Positions 1-10,254 of a DNA stretch of 64,000 bases are shown in pieces. A program made the translations under genes and the position numbers. The notes under the pieces were generated by a model. It was not told the origin of the DNA. It saw only the letters and a program-made list of their open reading frames with translations, and made no database searches. The stretch comes from Ostreococcus lucimarinus. Its lineage: Eukaryota. The stretch lies in the NCBI GenBank assembly GCA_000092065.1, contig CP000597.1. One strand, 5' to 3'. Position 1 is the stretch's first letter. The number at the start of each line of letters is the position of its first letter.

Positions 1-417
1 GCGACGAGCGAGGCGAGGCTGGACGCGATCGAACGCGCGCTGAAGCGCGCGCGCGGCGAGAACGGCGGAAACGGAAGGCGCGCGAATGCGTTCGAGGTGA
101 CGCTGGACGCGGCGGGATTGGTGCGGTTGGGGACGGCGCGCGAGACGCGCGAGGGCGGCGACGCGACGACGTTCGGCGTCGTCGAACGCGACGACGACGG
201 CGCGTGGAGACGGTCGTCGACGACGCGCGCGGTGGTGCGCGATGAAGATTTAGGCGTCGTGCGCGAGCTCGTGCGACGGACGCTGGACGACGCGGACCCG
301 GACGCGTTGGCGGCGCGCGACTTCGACGACCACTTCGACGACGCGCGCGTCGACTGGACCAACGCCGCGTTCGATCGCGCCGTCGACGCGGCGCTGAACC
401 GCGCGATAAATTCATGA
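1..417 (+). CDS. 3' end of a protein-coding gene that enters from upstream of the window (hypothetical protein with a D/R/A-rich C-terminal region)
   Basis: Frame 1 is open from base 1 to the TGA at 415-417, and ORF-track entry 97..417 is its tail. No recognisable domain. It has the GC-rich codon usage typical of the window. Confidence 0.35.
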   Translation, partial: ATSEARLDAIERALKRARGENGGNGRRANAFEVTLDAAGLVRLGTARETREGGDATTFGVVERDDDGAWRRSSTTRAVVRDEDLGVVRELVRRTLDDADPDALAARDFDDHFDDARVDWTNAAFDRAVDAALNRAINS

Positions 418-438
418 ATTCTTTGTTTTGTTTTTACA

Positions 439-488
439 CGTCGTCTCGTCTCGTCGACCTCGTCGCGTCTCGCGTCTCGCGTCTGCGC
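439..488. repeat. degenerate (CGTCTCG)n heptamer tract, inverted partner of the tract at 876-925
   Basis: cgtcgtctcgtctcgtcgacctcgtcgcgtctcgcgtctcgcgtctg. Its reverse complement matches the (GAGACGC)n tract on the other side of the small NDUFB3-like gene. Confidence 0.6.
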
Positions 489-562
489 GCGTCGCCCGAG
501 CCGCGCCGCTTTATCCTCGCCCTCGCGAGATCGCCGTCTTCGTCGCCGCTATCGCTCGTCCG

Positions 563-832
563 CTAGTGATGTCCGCCCCGACGCTCGGCCATCATGTGTC
601 TGTACTCCGTGGGCCACACCGTGACGTAGGCGACGCCGAAGACGCCGCCCATGAAGTGCCAGAGCGGCGCCGCGGATCCGGTTTGAATGTACTTTGCGTT
701 GTACTCCCTCGCGAACGTCGCCGCGCGGCCGGCGTAGTCGTACTCGCGCGCGGTCTTCACGACGAACTCGGGGAGCTCCTTGAGCTTGAGCGCGCCGACG
801 CGGGCGAAGAACGTGCGCGGAGGCGCGCTCAT
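563..832 (-). CDS. small mitochondrial-type membrane protein, likely an NDUFB3/B12-like accessory subunit of complex I
   Basis: 89-aa ORF with ATG at 832. Motifs KLKELPEFVVK and LWHFMGGVFGVAYVTVWP, plus the C-terminal ..GGHH, resemble NDUFB3 (ELPDYRQWK ... WRYMGG ... KHH) from memory. One hydrophobic helix. The assignment is tentative. Confidence 0.4.
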   Translation of the reverse strand: MSAPPRTFFARVGALKLKELPEFVVKTAREYDYAGRAATFAREYNAKYIQTGSAAPLWHFMGGVFGVAYVTVWPTEYRHMMAERRGGHH

Positions 833-875
833 GATGGACGCGGCGGCGTGTGAGGGCGCGGCGACGGGACGGGAC

Positions 876-925
876 GCGCGAGACGCGAGACGCGAGACGG
901 AGACGCGAGACGGAGACGCGAGACG
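876..925. repeat. (GAGACGC/GAGACGG)n heptamer tandem repeat
   Basis: gcgcgagacgcgagacgcgagacggagacgcgagacggagacgcgagacgc. Confidence 0.7.
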
Positions 926-1008
926 CTTCGATCGTTCGGGTGAGATTGATTCCTTAAAAGTCGCGCGATGCGCGCGATGCGCGGAGTGCTAAGCGCGCGG
1001 CGCGTCGA

Positions 1009-2439
1009 TTACGCCGATTTGGGCTTGGACGAGCGCCTCGGCGCGAAGACGGCGCCGAAGACGAGCAAGACGGCGATGCCGACGTGGCCGAAGTAGTGCA
1101 TCGATGACCACGATTGTATGCATTGCTTCAAATCGACCAAGATGAAAGCGGCGCACATGTAGTTGAGCGCGACGTGCGTAAACGCCCAGAGAGGGACGTC
1201 GACGAGGACGCGATACTTCTCCGGCACGCGCGTTTGCTTCCATCGGTACATCAAACGACCGGCGTTGACGGCGAACGCGGAGGAGACGAAGAACAGCCAA
1301 TAACCGGCGTGCAGTCCGTGCCACACGCCCGAGACGATTTGCGTGATCAAAATCTGCAACAAACCGGGCTTCTTACCCTTGGGCGTCACCCGATCGTACA
1401 CGTAGTGGCGCAACCACAATCCAGTTTTCACGTTCCACGACAACGGAATGGCGTTCAACGTCACCGACTTCTCCACGCCGATCGGGTATATATTTGCTGC
1501 CGTGTCCCAACGCGCCTTACCCATGGCGTCGTACCCGCTAAAGCCAAGTCCCGAGACGGTGGCGGCGAAATCCGCCATCATCCACACGAAGTAATACTTG
1601 GCGCGATTACCTTGACCGTACACGTACACGTGCCAAATGCGCTCGGCGAGCGAGTACTGCGCCCAGCTCGGGTTCAAGTACGTATTTTCTATCGTATACC
1701 TCATCGCGACCGCCTGGTAGATCCCCAAGCACGCGATCGCGCCGAGAAGCTTGCGCGTCGCCGGCGCGACGCGATTCGGCGTCCCTCGCGCGTACACCCC
1801 TCGATCGCGCAACCAATCCGAGTAATCCCTAAACTCGATCGCCGGCCCGCTCACGAGCGTGCACGGAAACATCAACCAGCTCGCGTAATCCAGCGCGCTC
1901 GGCAACCGCTTCAGATGCCGTCGATTTTGAAACTCGCTCATCTCGCTCGCCTTCGTCGTCGCCGCGTCTTGATAATTCAACGCGCACGCCGTCACCTTCA
2001 GCACCAGCACCATCAACAGCCCGCTGATGTCCACCTCACCGCTCTTCCACGCCGTCGCCGTGTCCGCGACGAAGTGATACCGCATCAGATACGCGAACGA
2101 CCCCGCGAAGACGACGTATCCGCACCGCCGCCGCGTCGCCAGCATCGTCGCGTACGCGCACGCCCCGAAGTGCGCGCACACCACCGTCGCGCGCCCGAAC
2201 GCCGCCGCGCTCAGCATCGTCCCCGTCACCAGCGCGTACGCCGACCTCGCGCGCGCGCGCGCGTCGTCGCGCTCGACGCCCGCGACGCGAAGCGCGCGAT
2301 CGAGCGCCGGGAACCCGAGCCCGATCGCCGGCGCGAGCGCGAGCGCGAGCAGAAACCGCGTCGATCCGCGCGGCATCGCGATCGCGACCGACGTCGCGCG
2401 CACGACGTCGTCCCACGCCGCGACGACGCCGTCGAGCAT
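1009..2439 (-). CDS. membrane-bound O-acyltransferase (MBOAT) family lysophospholipid acyltransferase (LPLAT/LPCAT-like)
   Basis: About 476 aa, multi-pass and hydrophobic. MBOAT hallmark motifs WNVKTGLWLRHYVYDR and SGVWHGLHAGYWLFF are present. The ORF track extends to a GTG at 2505; the first ATG is at 2439 (MLDGVV...). Confidence 0.8.
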   Translation of the reverse strand: MLDGVVAAWDDVVRATSVAIAMPRGSTRFLLALALAPAIGLGFPALDRALRVAGVERDDARARARSAYALVTGTMLSAAAFGRATVVCAHFGACAYATMLATRRRCGYVVFAGSFAYLMRYHFVADTATAWKSGEVDISGLLMVLVLKVTACALNYQDAATTKASEMSEFQNRRHLKRLPSALDYASWLMFPCTLVSGPAIEFRDYSDWLRDRGVYARGTPNRVAPATRKLLGAIACLGIYQAVAMRYTIENTYLNPSWAQYSLAERIWHVYVYGQGNRAKYYFVWMMADFAATVSGLGFSGYDAMGKARWDTAANIYPIGVEKSVTLNAIPLSWNVKTGLWLRHYVYDRVTPKGKKPGLLQILITQIVSGVWHGLHAGYWLFFVSSAFAVNAGRLMYRWKQTRVPEKYRVLVDVPLWAFTHVALNYMCAAFILVDLKQCIQSWSSMHYFGHVGIAVLLVFGAVFAPRRSSKPKSA

Positions 2440-2516
2440 GGCGCGCGCGTCGCGCCCTCGCGCGTCGGTCGTCGAGTGCGGATAAGGCGTCCCGCTCGAC
2501 GGCACTTCGCGACGCC

Positions 2517-3098
2517 ATGCGCGTCGCGCGCGTCGCGCGCGCGCTCGCGCGACCGCGACGCGACGACGGACGACGCGCTCGACGCGCGCCGCGACGCGCG
2601 ACGGCGACGCGCGCGTTCTTCGGACAAAAAAAGGATAAGACGGCGCGCGACGCCATCGACCTGTCGAAGCGCCGCCTCGCCGAGGACTTGGACGACCGCG
2701 GCGACGTCGTGACGGTCACCTTCCTCGGCGCCGGCGGCTCGCGCGTCGACGTCGAGTGCGGATCGAATCAGTACATCCTCGACGCCGGCCTCGAGGCGGG
2801 GATCGAGATTCCGTTCACGTGCCGCGGAGGCATCTGCGGCGCGTGCGTGGCGCGCTGCGCGTCGGGCGACGTCGATCAGAGCGACATCGCCGACCTCGAG
2901 TTCACGCTCGGCGAGGACGAGATCGAGGCGGGGATGGTGTTGCTGTGCATGGCGCGACCGGTCGGGGACGTGGAGATCGAGACGCAGAGCGATTGGGGGT
3001 ACTCGCTCGGGACGACGGAATGGGCGGGCGCGACGGGGGAGATTTTGGGTCGCGACCCCACGCCGCTGATGGGCGACACCGATCGCGTCGGATTGTAA
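2517..3098 (+). CDS. plant-type [2Fe-2S] ferredoxin precursor (R/A-rich N-terminal transit peptide plus mature Fd domain)
   Basis: The mature domain reads VTVTFLGAGG..VDVEC..YILDAGLEAGIEIPFTCRGGICGACVARCASGDVDQSD...LLC, with the Cys ligand spacing CxxxxCxxC...C typical of plant/cyanobacterial Fd. The roughly 60-aa basic presequence suggests plastid targeting. TAA at 3096-3098. Confidence 0.85.
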   Translation: MRVARVARALARPRRDDGRRARRAPRRATATRAFFGQKKDKTARDAIDLSKRRLAEDLDDRGDVVTVTFLGAGGSRVDVECGSNQYILDAGLEAGIEIPFTCRGGICGACVARCASGDVDQSDIADLEFTLGEDEIEAGMVLLCMARPVGDVEIETQSDWGYSLGTTEWAGATGEILGRDPTPLMGDTDRVGL

Positions 3099-3601
3099 GA
3101 CTCGAGCCGCGCGCGGCGTTTCGATCGTTAAACCATCGCTCGCGTTCGTCGTTTTCGCGCTCTCGCGCGTCGTTCGCGCGTCGCGTCGCGCGTCGTCGTC
3201 GGTCGAACGCGACGGCGGGCGCGATTTTGAATCGACGGTGCCCGGATCGCGGACGGGGCGCGCGCGCGCGCGTCGACGTCCGCGTCGTCGCGATCGCGCG
3301 CGCCGTCGATCGACGCCGTCGCGATCGCGCGCGACGCGCGCGCGCTCGCGGTCGCGCGCGCGCCGCGCGACCGCGAACCCGTAACACGAAATCCGTCGTC
3401 GCGCGCGCGTCGCGCGAAGGAAATTTCCTCGACACTGTTTACCACGCGTCTCGACCGCCCTCGCGGTCGCGTCGCGCGCGCGCGCGTTCGCGCGCGATGC
3501 GCCGATGATGGCGCTGTTCGCGCGCGCAATACGCGCGCGCGATCGCGACGCGCGACCCACGGACGCGGCGGCGACCGGCCGGTGCCGCGACGGTGCTGGA
3601 T

Positions 3602-3614
3602 CCCTAAACCCTAA
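3602..3614. promoter_or_regulatory. interstitial plant-type telomere repeat dimer CCCTAAACCCTAA containing a telo-box (AAACCCTAA)
   Basis: Exact match read from the sequence. It lies in the 1.45-kb gene-less, extremely GC-rich spacer between the ferredoxin and AP-endonuclease genes. Confidence 0.5.
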
Positions 3615-4552
3615 TACACGCCCGCGGGCGACCGCGGGCGACGACGGAGGCGCGAAGTCGGTTCGACCACGACCACGAGCGGGTTTCGCGGGACGTTTAC
3701 CGCCGTCGAATCGCGCGCGGAGCGCGCGCCGGGCGGCGCTCCGCGGACAAACGTCCGACGTCGCCGCGTCGCGTCCGGGGCGTCGCGCGACGCGAGGCGA
3801 AGCGAGCGCCGCGCGCGCCGCGCGTCGAGACGACGCGCGCGCGACGCGACCGACTCACCGAACACAGTCGCGAGGGCCGAGGTGCGCGAACGATCGCGCA
3901 TTGAAATCGTCGACGGGGCGTCGCGATCGTCGCGCGCTCGAACCGCGCTCGAACCGCGTCGCGAACGCGCGCGAGACGACGGACGCGCGAGACGAATCGT
4001 CGCGCGGACGCGCGCGCGTCCCGATCCCGAGTTCCCGCGGCGCGACGAACGATCGCGACGATCGAACGTCGTCGCACGACGCGGTGCGCCGTTCGGGACG
4101 TCGCGCGACGCCTACGATCGCTCGCGCGTCGCGACCGTCGCCCTCGCGCGCGCGCGCGTCCGACCCGAATCGTCACCCGTGACGACGACACGTTTCGCCG
4201 CGCGTCTCGGTCGCTCGACCGCGTCGGCGCGCGCACGGCGCGCGCGCGGACGCCGAACGCCCCGCGGCGTTCGTCTCGTCGAGCCGCCGAATCGCGCGCG
4301 GCGTCACCGGTCGGTCGCGCGCGGCGAACGCGGCACGCGCGGTCGAGTTCCAGCGCGACGACGCGACGCGCGCGGTCGCGGGACCGCGTCCGCGACGACG
4401 GGGCGGCGCGAGCCGCCTCGTGACGTCGAACGCTGCTTATTTTTTGTCTTCGCGTCGTCGCGCTCTTCGCGCGCGCGCGGCTTCGCGCGCCGCGCGACGA
4501 CGCGAGGGCCGAATCGTCGCCGCCGAATCGTCACGTCGACGCGCGCCGAGCG

Positions 4553-5488
4553 ATGGCCGCGCGCGTCGCGCGACCGGCGCTCGCGGCGCTCGCGCGCGAC
4601 GCGCGAAGACGCGCGAAGGCGCGCGCGCCGCGCGCCGCGTCCTCGTCGTCGCCCGCGACGACGCTGTCCGTCGTCTCGTGGAACGTCAACGGGCTGCGGT
4701 CGTTGCTCAAAAAGGCGCCGCGCGCGCTCGATGAGCTCGCGCGACGCACCGACGCCGACGTGCTGGTGCTGCAAGAGACAAAACTCGGCGCGGATGGACG
4801 CGGCGCGGTGGACGGCGAGGGAGAGGCGCCGAAGTTTTTGCGCGAGTACGGGACGCGCGAGTACGCGACGTCCACCGCGCGCAAGGGGTATTCGGGCACG
4901 GCGATGTTCATCCGAGACGGCGATTGGGCGAAGATGAAACGCGTCGAGGCGACGCGGTTGAGCGCTGGCGGGTTTGACGACGAGGGACGCGTGCTGACGG
5001 CGGAGTTGGATTCGTGTTTCGTCGTCAACGCGTACGTGCCGAACTCGGGCGCGGATTTAAAGCGTTTGCCCGAGCGCGTGGAGGTTTGGGAACGCGCGAT
5101 TCGCGAGCACGTGCGCGCGTTGGAATCGCGAGGTAAAGCGGTGATTTATTGCGGTGACTTGAACGTCGCGCACGAAGAAATCGATTTATGGGGTAGGCAC
5201 GCCGAAAACAGCAAATCCGCGGGATTTACGCCCGAGGAACGCGCGGCGATGACGCGGCTGCTCGAAGAGTGCGATTTGGTCGACACATTTCGCGCGCATC
5301 GACCCGACGCGCGTGCGTTTACGTATTGGAGCTATCGCGCCGGCGCGCGCGAAAAAAATCGCGGTTGGCGTCTCGATTACATTCTCGCGAGTCGGCGCCT
5401 GGCGGACTCCATCGTCGACGCGTACGCGCTGCCCGACGTGCTCGGCAGCGACCACTGCCCCGTCGGTCTGCGCGTCGCGCTGCCCTGA
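4553..5488 (+). CDS. exodeoxyribonuclease III family AP endonuclease (APE1/ARP-like) with an organellar presequence
   Basis: ATG at 4553. ExoIII/EEP motifs LSVVSWNVNGLR, VLVLQETK, YCGDLNVAHEEIDL, WSYRAGAREKNRGWRLDYIL and GSDHCPV are present. Confidence 0.85.
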   Translation: MAARVARPALAALARDARRRAKARAPRAASSSSPATTLSVVSWNVNGLRSLLKKAPRALDELARRTDADVLVLQETKLGADGRGAVDGEGEAPKFLREYGTREYATSTARKGYSGTAMFIRDGDWAKMKRVEATRLSAGGFDDEGRVLTAELDSCFVVNAYVPNSGADLKRLPERVEVWERAIREHVRALESRGKAVIYCGDLNVAHEEIDLWGRHAENSKSAGFTPEERAAMTRLLEECDLVDTFRAHRPDARAFTYWSYRAGAREKNRGWRLDYILASRRLADSIVDAYALPDVLGSDHCPVGLRVALP

Positions 5489-5660
5489 CGCCACCGTCTT
5501 AGCGATTAACACCATTAGATGTCCCAATTCCACTAGATGTCCCAAACACCGCGAGCACTTCGACGTCGCGCCTTCTACGACGTCGCGCGCCGCCGCCCGA
5601 TTCACGCGAACCCACCAGAGCGCGCCGCCCGCACACCTCGTCGCGCGCCGCGCGGTCGCG

Positions 5661-8600
5661 ATGGAGTCTATGGACGCCTCGACCGTCGCGCGCGCGTGCG
5701 CGCCGCCGAACGACGCCGACGCGAGCACGAGCGAGGCGGATTACCGAACGATGATTGAAATCCTCGAGCGGCAACGGATTCTGTCGACGATCGACCGTCG
5801 CGCGCGCGCCGCGCTCGCCCTGCGCGTCCTCGAGTGCGCGCGCTCGGTCGCCGCAAACGTCACGCATCGCGTCAAGGCGCTCGAGCGCGCGACGGCGCGG
5901 ACGACGACGCGCGCGAACGCGGGAACGGCGGCGGCGACGACGCTCGACGGCGCGCGCGGCGACGACTCAGCCGAGTCGGCGGACGCGATGCGGCACGGCG
6001 GTAAGACGACGAGCCGGTTGTCGATCGCGGATGAAAGTGAATTTCCGTCGCTCGCGTCGGGGGCGCGAAGGAACCTGGCGATGGCGTTGGACGGCACGGC
6101 GAGCGGGGACGGAAAGCCGAGGCGAGTGGCGCCGACGCCGGTGGAGACGAACGGAACGAACGGAGCGAGACCGCCCGTGGGGAACGGATTTCACGCGCAA
6201 GTGACGCACTGTGCGTCGCCGATGGGAGGTGCGCGACGAATCGCGCCGACGATGGTTTCGAGACCAGTGGATGGGGATTTGTCGTCGTCGTTTACGGCGT
6301 CGGGCGCGGCGACGCCGGCGAGCAAGCCGAGTAGTTTATCCGCGTCGCCGTCGTCCATGATGAAACGCGCGGCGGCGACTGCGACGGCGCTGACGCTGGA
6401 ACGATTGTATGTGAACGAGCCGAGACCGATGGAGCCGATAGAGTTGCCGACGCCCTTGGCGATGTTGGCGACGCTGCACGCGGCGGCGCTGCGCGCGGGA
6501 TTTCCGCTCGATCAGTCTCCGGAGCTCGCGTGGTTGTGTGCGCTCTTGGGCGCGCCCTCAGACTTGGTCGTCGAAACGATCGAGGGTAGTGCAAAGCTCG
6601 TCATGCGTACTGGACGCGAGGCGCATGCGTACGCTTCAAAAGTGCTTTCGCTCGTGCCGGCGCTCGCGTGCGCGCTCGGCGAAGGCGCGCTCGAAGCGCT
6701 CGCCGAGTCCAACGTTTTAGCTTCGCACGCTAGTGCGTTACATAGGGAAATAGTCCGTGAGTTGGGTGCCGTGCGTGTCGCTTCGGGCGAGTGCGAGCGG
6801 GCGTATCAAGTAGACGGTCGCGTGGGAAGCAAGCTGTATGGATTCGACTTGCTCGACGCTTTGGCCAAGGCGGACGAGCGACGGGGTCGCGCAAACGCCA
6901 GACCAGGTCGTGCGATTCCACTGACGGAAAATCAGGCGATAGAACACAACCGTGAACGCACTCGAGATGCGTTCTATGCGCTCTTACGCGCGTCGGCGAG
7001 CCGATCGGTGGGTTTAGGTCAAGATGCGTCCATCGCAAGCCGCGCTCGAACGCTCATCGCGAACACGCATCCGGCAAATATGCGGTGGCTTGCCGATTTA
7101 TTCGTCGCCCGTCTGTCACAAAGCAGTGCGGTAGGCGAAGTAGACGAAGAGCTTGGAAACAGCATCACGCCGGCGCGCTTATCACGCCTACACGAGCGCA
7201 TAGTAGGAAGTAACGCAGCGACGCAAGCGCCGCAAGGAGGTAGGAGCGGCGCGGGCGCGCGAGTCGATGGTAGAGGTGGCCGAGGAGGACGTGGACGTAC
7301 TCTTGGTCGAGGAGGTGGAGAAAAATCCACGAACGGAGTGACGCAGACCAACGGGTTTGGCGCTGAAGTGACGCACACGTGGCCGTCATTTGTGTGCTTG
7401 TTCCCGCCTGCGCAACAGCCCTTCGTGCGATTCATCGAAACGACGGATTCGCACAAGTTTTGCGTCGCACTTCAACGCTCGCTTGTCGCAGCGTTACATG
7501 TTCTTGACCCGAATGCGCACCCGAGTGAAGACGCCGCGCAGTCTCCGGCGAGTTCATCGAACGCTGGGCAAACGGAACGCATGTTGGCTGCTCACGCGAT
7601 GGGCTCTTTCTTGGGTTTACTCACTTTTGGATTCGCTTCAGGCGCGACTTCTGCGCGTGTGGCGTCAAATAATATGGCACTGCAAGGTATTGATTTGACG
7701 TCGACGCTTCGGCGAGCCGGAAGACGTGGAGAGCTCGTCGTGAGCGCGCCGTGGGTGCTCGCGTTTTTGCGCTTCCTGATGTGGGACGCAGATTCGCTCG
7801 ATATCGCGCACTACGCCGAAGCACTGGCGTATTTGCGTGCAATCGCGGCATCACCATGCTTAGATCCGTTCGCTGTAAAAGGCGACTTCAATTCATCGCG
7901 CATGTGTTTGCGATCCATTTTAGCAAATGGTTTGTCGGTGAATGCGCCGATTACGACAGTGCAAGCCTCGACTTGGACCTCCAACAACGTGATGGGTCTA
8001 CCGCCACCACCGCTCGCGGTGATGGATGCGTTGCCTACGACAAGCAAGGAGATTATGCAATCGTACGAAGATCCTTTAGCGATTGACAGTTGGGGCAGGG
8101 AATGGGTTCCATCGGCTTCGGCGAACGCTAGCGCCACGGCGAATTCTCAAGAAGTACCAGATTCGCCCTCCGAGTCGGACTCGAGGATCGAAACACAAAC
8201 TGCGCCAGACTTGAGTCGTGTGGGCGTAGATCGTCGCTACGTCGAAACTGTGTGCCCAAGCGTCGACCGTGCGGTGCGAACTTTGAAACAACGAGGTGCC
8301 ATCGCGCAAGCGCTCGTCGAAGAGAAAGAACAACTCACAAAGGAAGCACCTCGTTCTTTGATGCACACGCCATCGCAACCGACGAATGTGCCTCGTCGAA
8401 TGCAAGCGCAGCCACAGCGCGTAGAACCAACTTCTGTGAGCAAGTCGACGCAAGCACAAGACTTCGGCGGCGTCTTTGAAGCCAAAAACACGCTTTCGCC
8501 AACCTTTGGCGTGACTTCGCCAAACGCGGAGAGTGCACTCGCAACAATGCCGTCGATGGATTTGAAATCTTCCTCGACTGAAATTAAACATGCACTGCAG

Positions 8601-10172
8601 CGTGCTTTCTTGCAGAACGTTCCAGGTCTGCGCCGTCTCGTCGACTTTGCCGTGGACGCCGCAACGCTCGCTGCTGTCGATGACGCCACCGCGGCTATCA
8701 CCGCAAGCGCGGTAGAGAGCGCGCAAGAGGTTGTGAGTGCAGCGGCGACGCAGGCAGCGATGAAGTATGCCGAGTCGGCGAAACGAAACGGAACGTCGTT
8801 CGTTTCCCATGCGAGTTCTGTCATCGAAGAAGCTTGGACACCAGAGTTTGAGCGTGCAGTCGAGCGATCTGCAATGTCGGTGACGAGAGATGTCATATCT
8901 TCTGTAGCAAGCACCGCCGCCGACGACGCGGGTGCACGCGCCGCCGCCGCGGTTGCGGCACTTTCAGGTGCCAACACGAGCCGAGGCGGAGCAGCCGCGA
9001 CTGGGGGATCAAGCGCCGCGACGAGAGCAGCGTGCGGCGTCGCCGCTGACGCGGCGGCGTTCGCGGCGGCGGATCGGGTGCGACGAAATTTACCTTTCGA
9101 GCTTCACGCGCGCGTGGCGAGCGACGCACGAAGGTTGTTGAAGTCAGCGCTCGGCGCGGCGAAAGAGGCCATGAGCGCACCGGCGACTGAAGAGACAGAC
9201 ACTCAGAAGTCATCCTCGCGTGAAGCCGAGTACGCGAGCGTCGCCGCTTCGGCGATCGCAGCCGCGCTTTCTTCGGCGTCAAAGTGGCCCGCAGGCACCT
9301 TACTTGCCGAGTGTTCATCTTTAAAGCTGCTCGCTGATCGTAAGGCGGACGCGTTAACGCTCTCTCGCGGCATAAAAAGTGTCATCGAGTGCACCAGAAA
9401 AGTTCTCGAACAAGACGCCAAATTTATTCGCGTGCAAACGAGTCGTAAGAAGCCTTCGACGCACGTTGAAAAGCCGATTCCCGACTCTAGACCTGGAGAG
9501 CAGCTCGCGTCGATGTTAGCCCAGCTCGCGAGAGCGTACGTCAAGCTTCTTCTCGCGGCGCCCCAAAACGCGCTCTCGAAGACGACAAAGGCAAAGGAGG
9601 CGGAGGAAGGCTGGGGAATATCGCGGGACGAAGTGTGCGAAGGTCTCACCGCCACGCTCATCGCCACGTTTACCGCATCTGCACCGGCATTAAACCTCGT
9701 GTCGGCCTTAGCGCCACCGGACTCACCCGATCCTTGGAAGCGTGTGTACGACGAAATGTTCGCCGGCGAACTCTGGCTCGCCGCGCTTCGCGAGTTCCCC
9801 GAGAGCCCGTTCGCTCAAAAGCGAATTGAACTCATCTTCGCCGAGGCCATCTCAAAACTGCCGCGACGCTCCGTGTTGCGCACTGCCTTTCTCCACCTCA
9901 TTGACGACGCCGACAAGCGCGTCGGTCGACTCGGGCACGCCCTCGCGATTCGCGGCGCGATTCGTTTCTGCGCCGTCGTCGCCGCGAGCGCGACGCACGA
10001 CGACGCCGAAGAAGTCACCGCCATCGCCGCCTTCGCCGAAGATCTTCGTCAGCGATGCGAAGCCGCGGGCGAAAACAGGCTCGCTAGACGCGCCGAGGGC
10101 GCGCACCGGTCGCTCACGTCGGGATCCGTGTACGCCAACATCAAATCCGTCGCGACTCCGACAAAGTCGTAG
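5661..10172 (+). CDS. large hypothetical protein (about 1500 aa, partly low-complexity Ala/Ser/Thr-rich, with a central block of more complex sequence)
   Basis: The continuous ORF 5313..10172 overlaps the 3' end of the AP-endonuclease gene out of frame, so the start is placed at the first downstream ATG, 5661 (MESMDAST...). No recognised domain. The central part (about 7000-8300) has lower GC (about 55%) and more ordinary amino-acid composition. Start and possible introns are not resolved. Confidence 0.5.
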   Translation: MESMDASTVARACAPPNDADASTSEADYRTMIEILERQRILSTIDRRARAALALRVLECARSVAANVTHRVKALERATARTTTRANAGTAAATTLDGARGDDSAESADAMRHGGKTTSRLSIADESEFPSLASGARRNLAMALDGTASGDGKPRRVAPTPVETNGTNGARPPVGNGFHAQVTHCASPMGGARRIAPTMVSRPVDGDLSSSFTASGAATPASKPSSLSASPSSMMKRAAATATALTLERLYVNEPRPMEPIELPTPLAMLATLHAAALRAGFPLDQSPELAWLCALLGAPSDLVVETIEGSAKLVMRTGREAHAYASKVLSLVPALACALGEGALEALAESNVLASHASALHREIVRELGAVRVASGECERAYQVDGRVGSKLYGFDLLDALAKADERRGRANARPGRAIPLTENQAIEHNRERTRDAFYALLRASASRSVGLGQDASIASRARTLIANTHPANMRWLADLFVARLSQSSAVGEVDEELGNSITPARLSRLHERIVGSNAATQAPQGGRSGAGARVDGRGGRGGRGRTLGRGGGEKSTNGVTQTNGFGAEVTHTWPSFVCLFPPAQQPFVRFIETTDSHKFCVALQRSLVAALHVLDPNAHPSEDAAQSPASSSNAGQTERMLAAHAMGSFLGLLTFGFASGATSARVASNNMALQGIDLTSTLRRAGRRGELVVSAPWVLAFLRFLMWDADSLDIAHYAEALAYLRAIAASPCLDPFAVKGDFNSSRMCLRSILANGLSVNAPITTVQASTWTSNNVMGLPPPPLAVMDALPTTSKEIMQSYEDPLAIDSWGREWVPSASANASATANSQEVPDSPSESDSRIETQTAPDLSRVGVDRRYVETVCPSVDRAVRTLKQRGAIAQALVEEKEQLTKEAPRSLMHTPSQPTNVPRRMQAQPQRVEPTSVSKSTQAQDFGGVFEAKNTLSPTFGVTSPNAESALATMPSMDLKSSSTEIKHALQRAFLQNVPGLRRLVDFAVDAATLAAVDDATAAITASAVESAQEVVSAAATQAAMKYAESAKRNGTSFVSHASSVIEEAWTPEFERAVERSAMSVTRDVISSVASTAADDAGARAAAAVAALSGANTSRGGAAATGGSSAATRAACGVAADAAAFAAADRVRRNLPFELHARVASDARRLLKSALGAAKEAMSAPATEETDTQKSSSREAEYASVAASAIAAALSSASKWPAGTLLAECSSLKLLADRKADALTLSRGIKSVIECTRKVLEQDAKFIRVQTSRKKPSTHVEKPIPDSRPGEQLASMLAQLARAYVKLLLAAPQNALSKTTKAKEAEEGWGISRDEVCEGLTATLIATFTASAPALNLVSALAPPDSPDPWKRVYDEMFAGELWLAALREFPESPFAQKRIELIFAEAISKLPRRSVLRTAFLHLIDDADKRVGRLGHALAIRGAIRFCAVVAASATHDDAEEVTAIAAFAEDLRQRCEAAGENRLARRAEGAHRSLTSGSVYANIKSVATPTKS

Positions 10173-10254
10173 CTCTGTAACTCTATGGATAGAACGCTTC
10201 ACACGCCGCCGCGCCGACGCGCGCCCACCTTCGACCGCGCGACTCCGACGAACG

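Noticed and set aside
1114-2712. 532-aa plus-strand ORF, R/H/P-rich, overlapping the MBOAT gene
   Set aside because: It is the antisense frame of a well-supported MBOAT CDS. The composition is low-complexity Arg/Pro/His, typical of GC-rich non-coding frames, and no domain is present.
2226-4937. Numerous overlapping 100-450-aa ORFs in all frames between ferredoxin and the AP endonuclease (e.g. 2226..3560 -, 3505..4182 +, 3697..4236 -, 3882..4937 +)
   Set aside because: All are Arg/Ala/Ser/Thr homogeneous with no hydrophobic cores, and they mutually overlap. The region is roughly 75-80% GC, where stop codons are rare. Treated as non-coding spacer (see finding).
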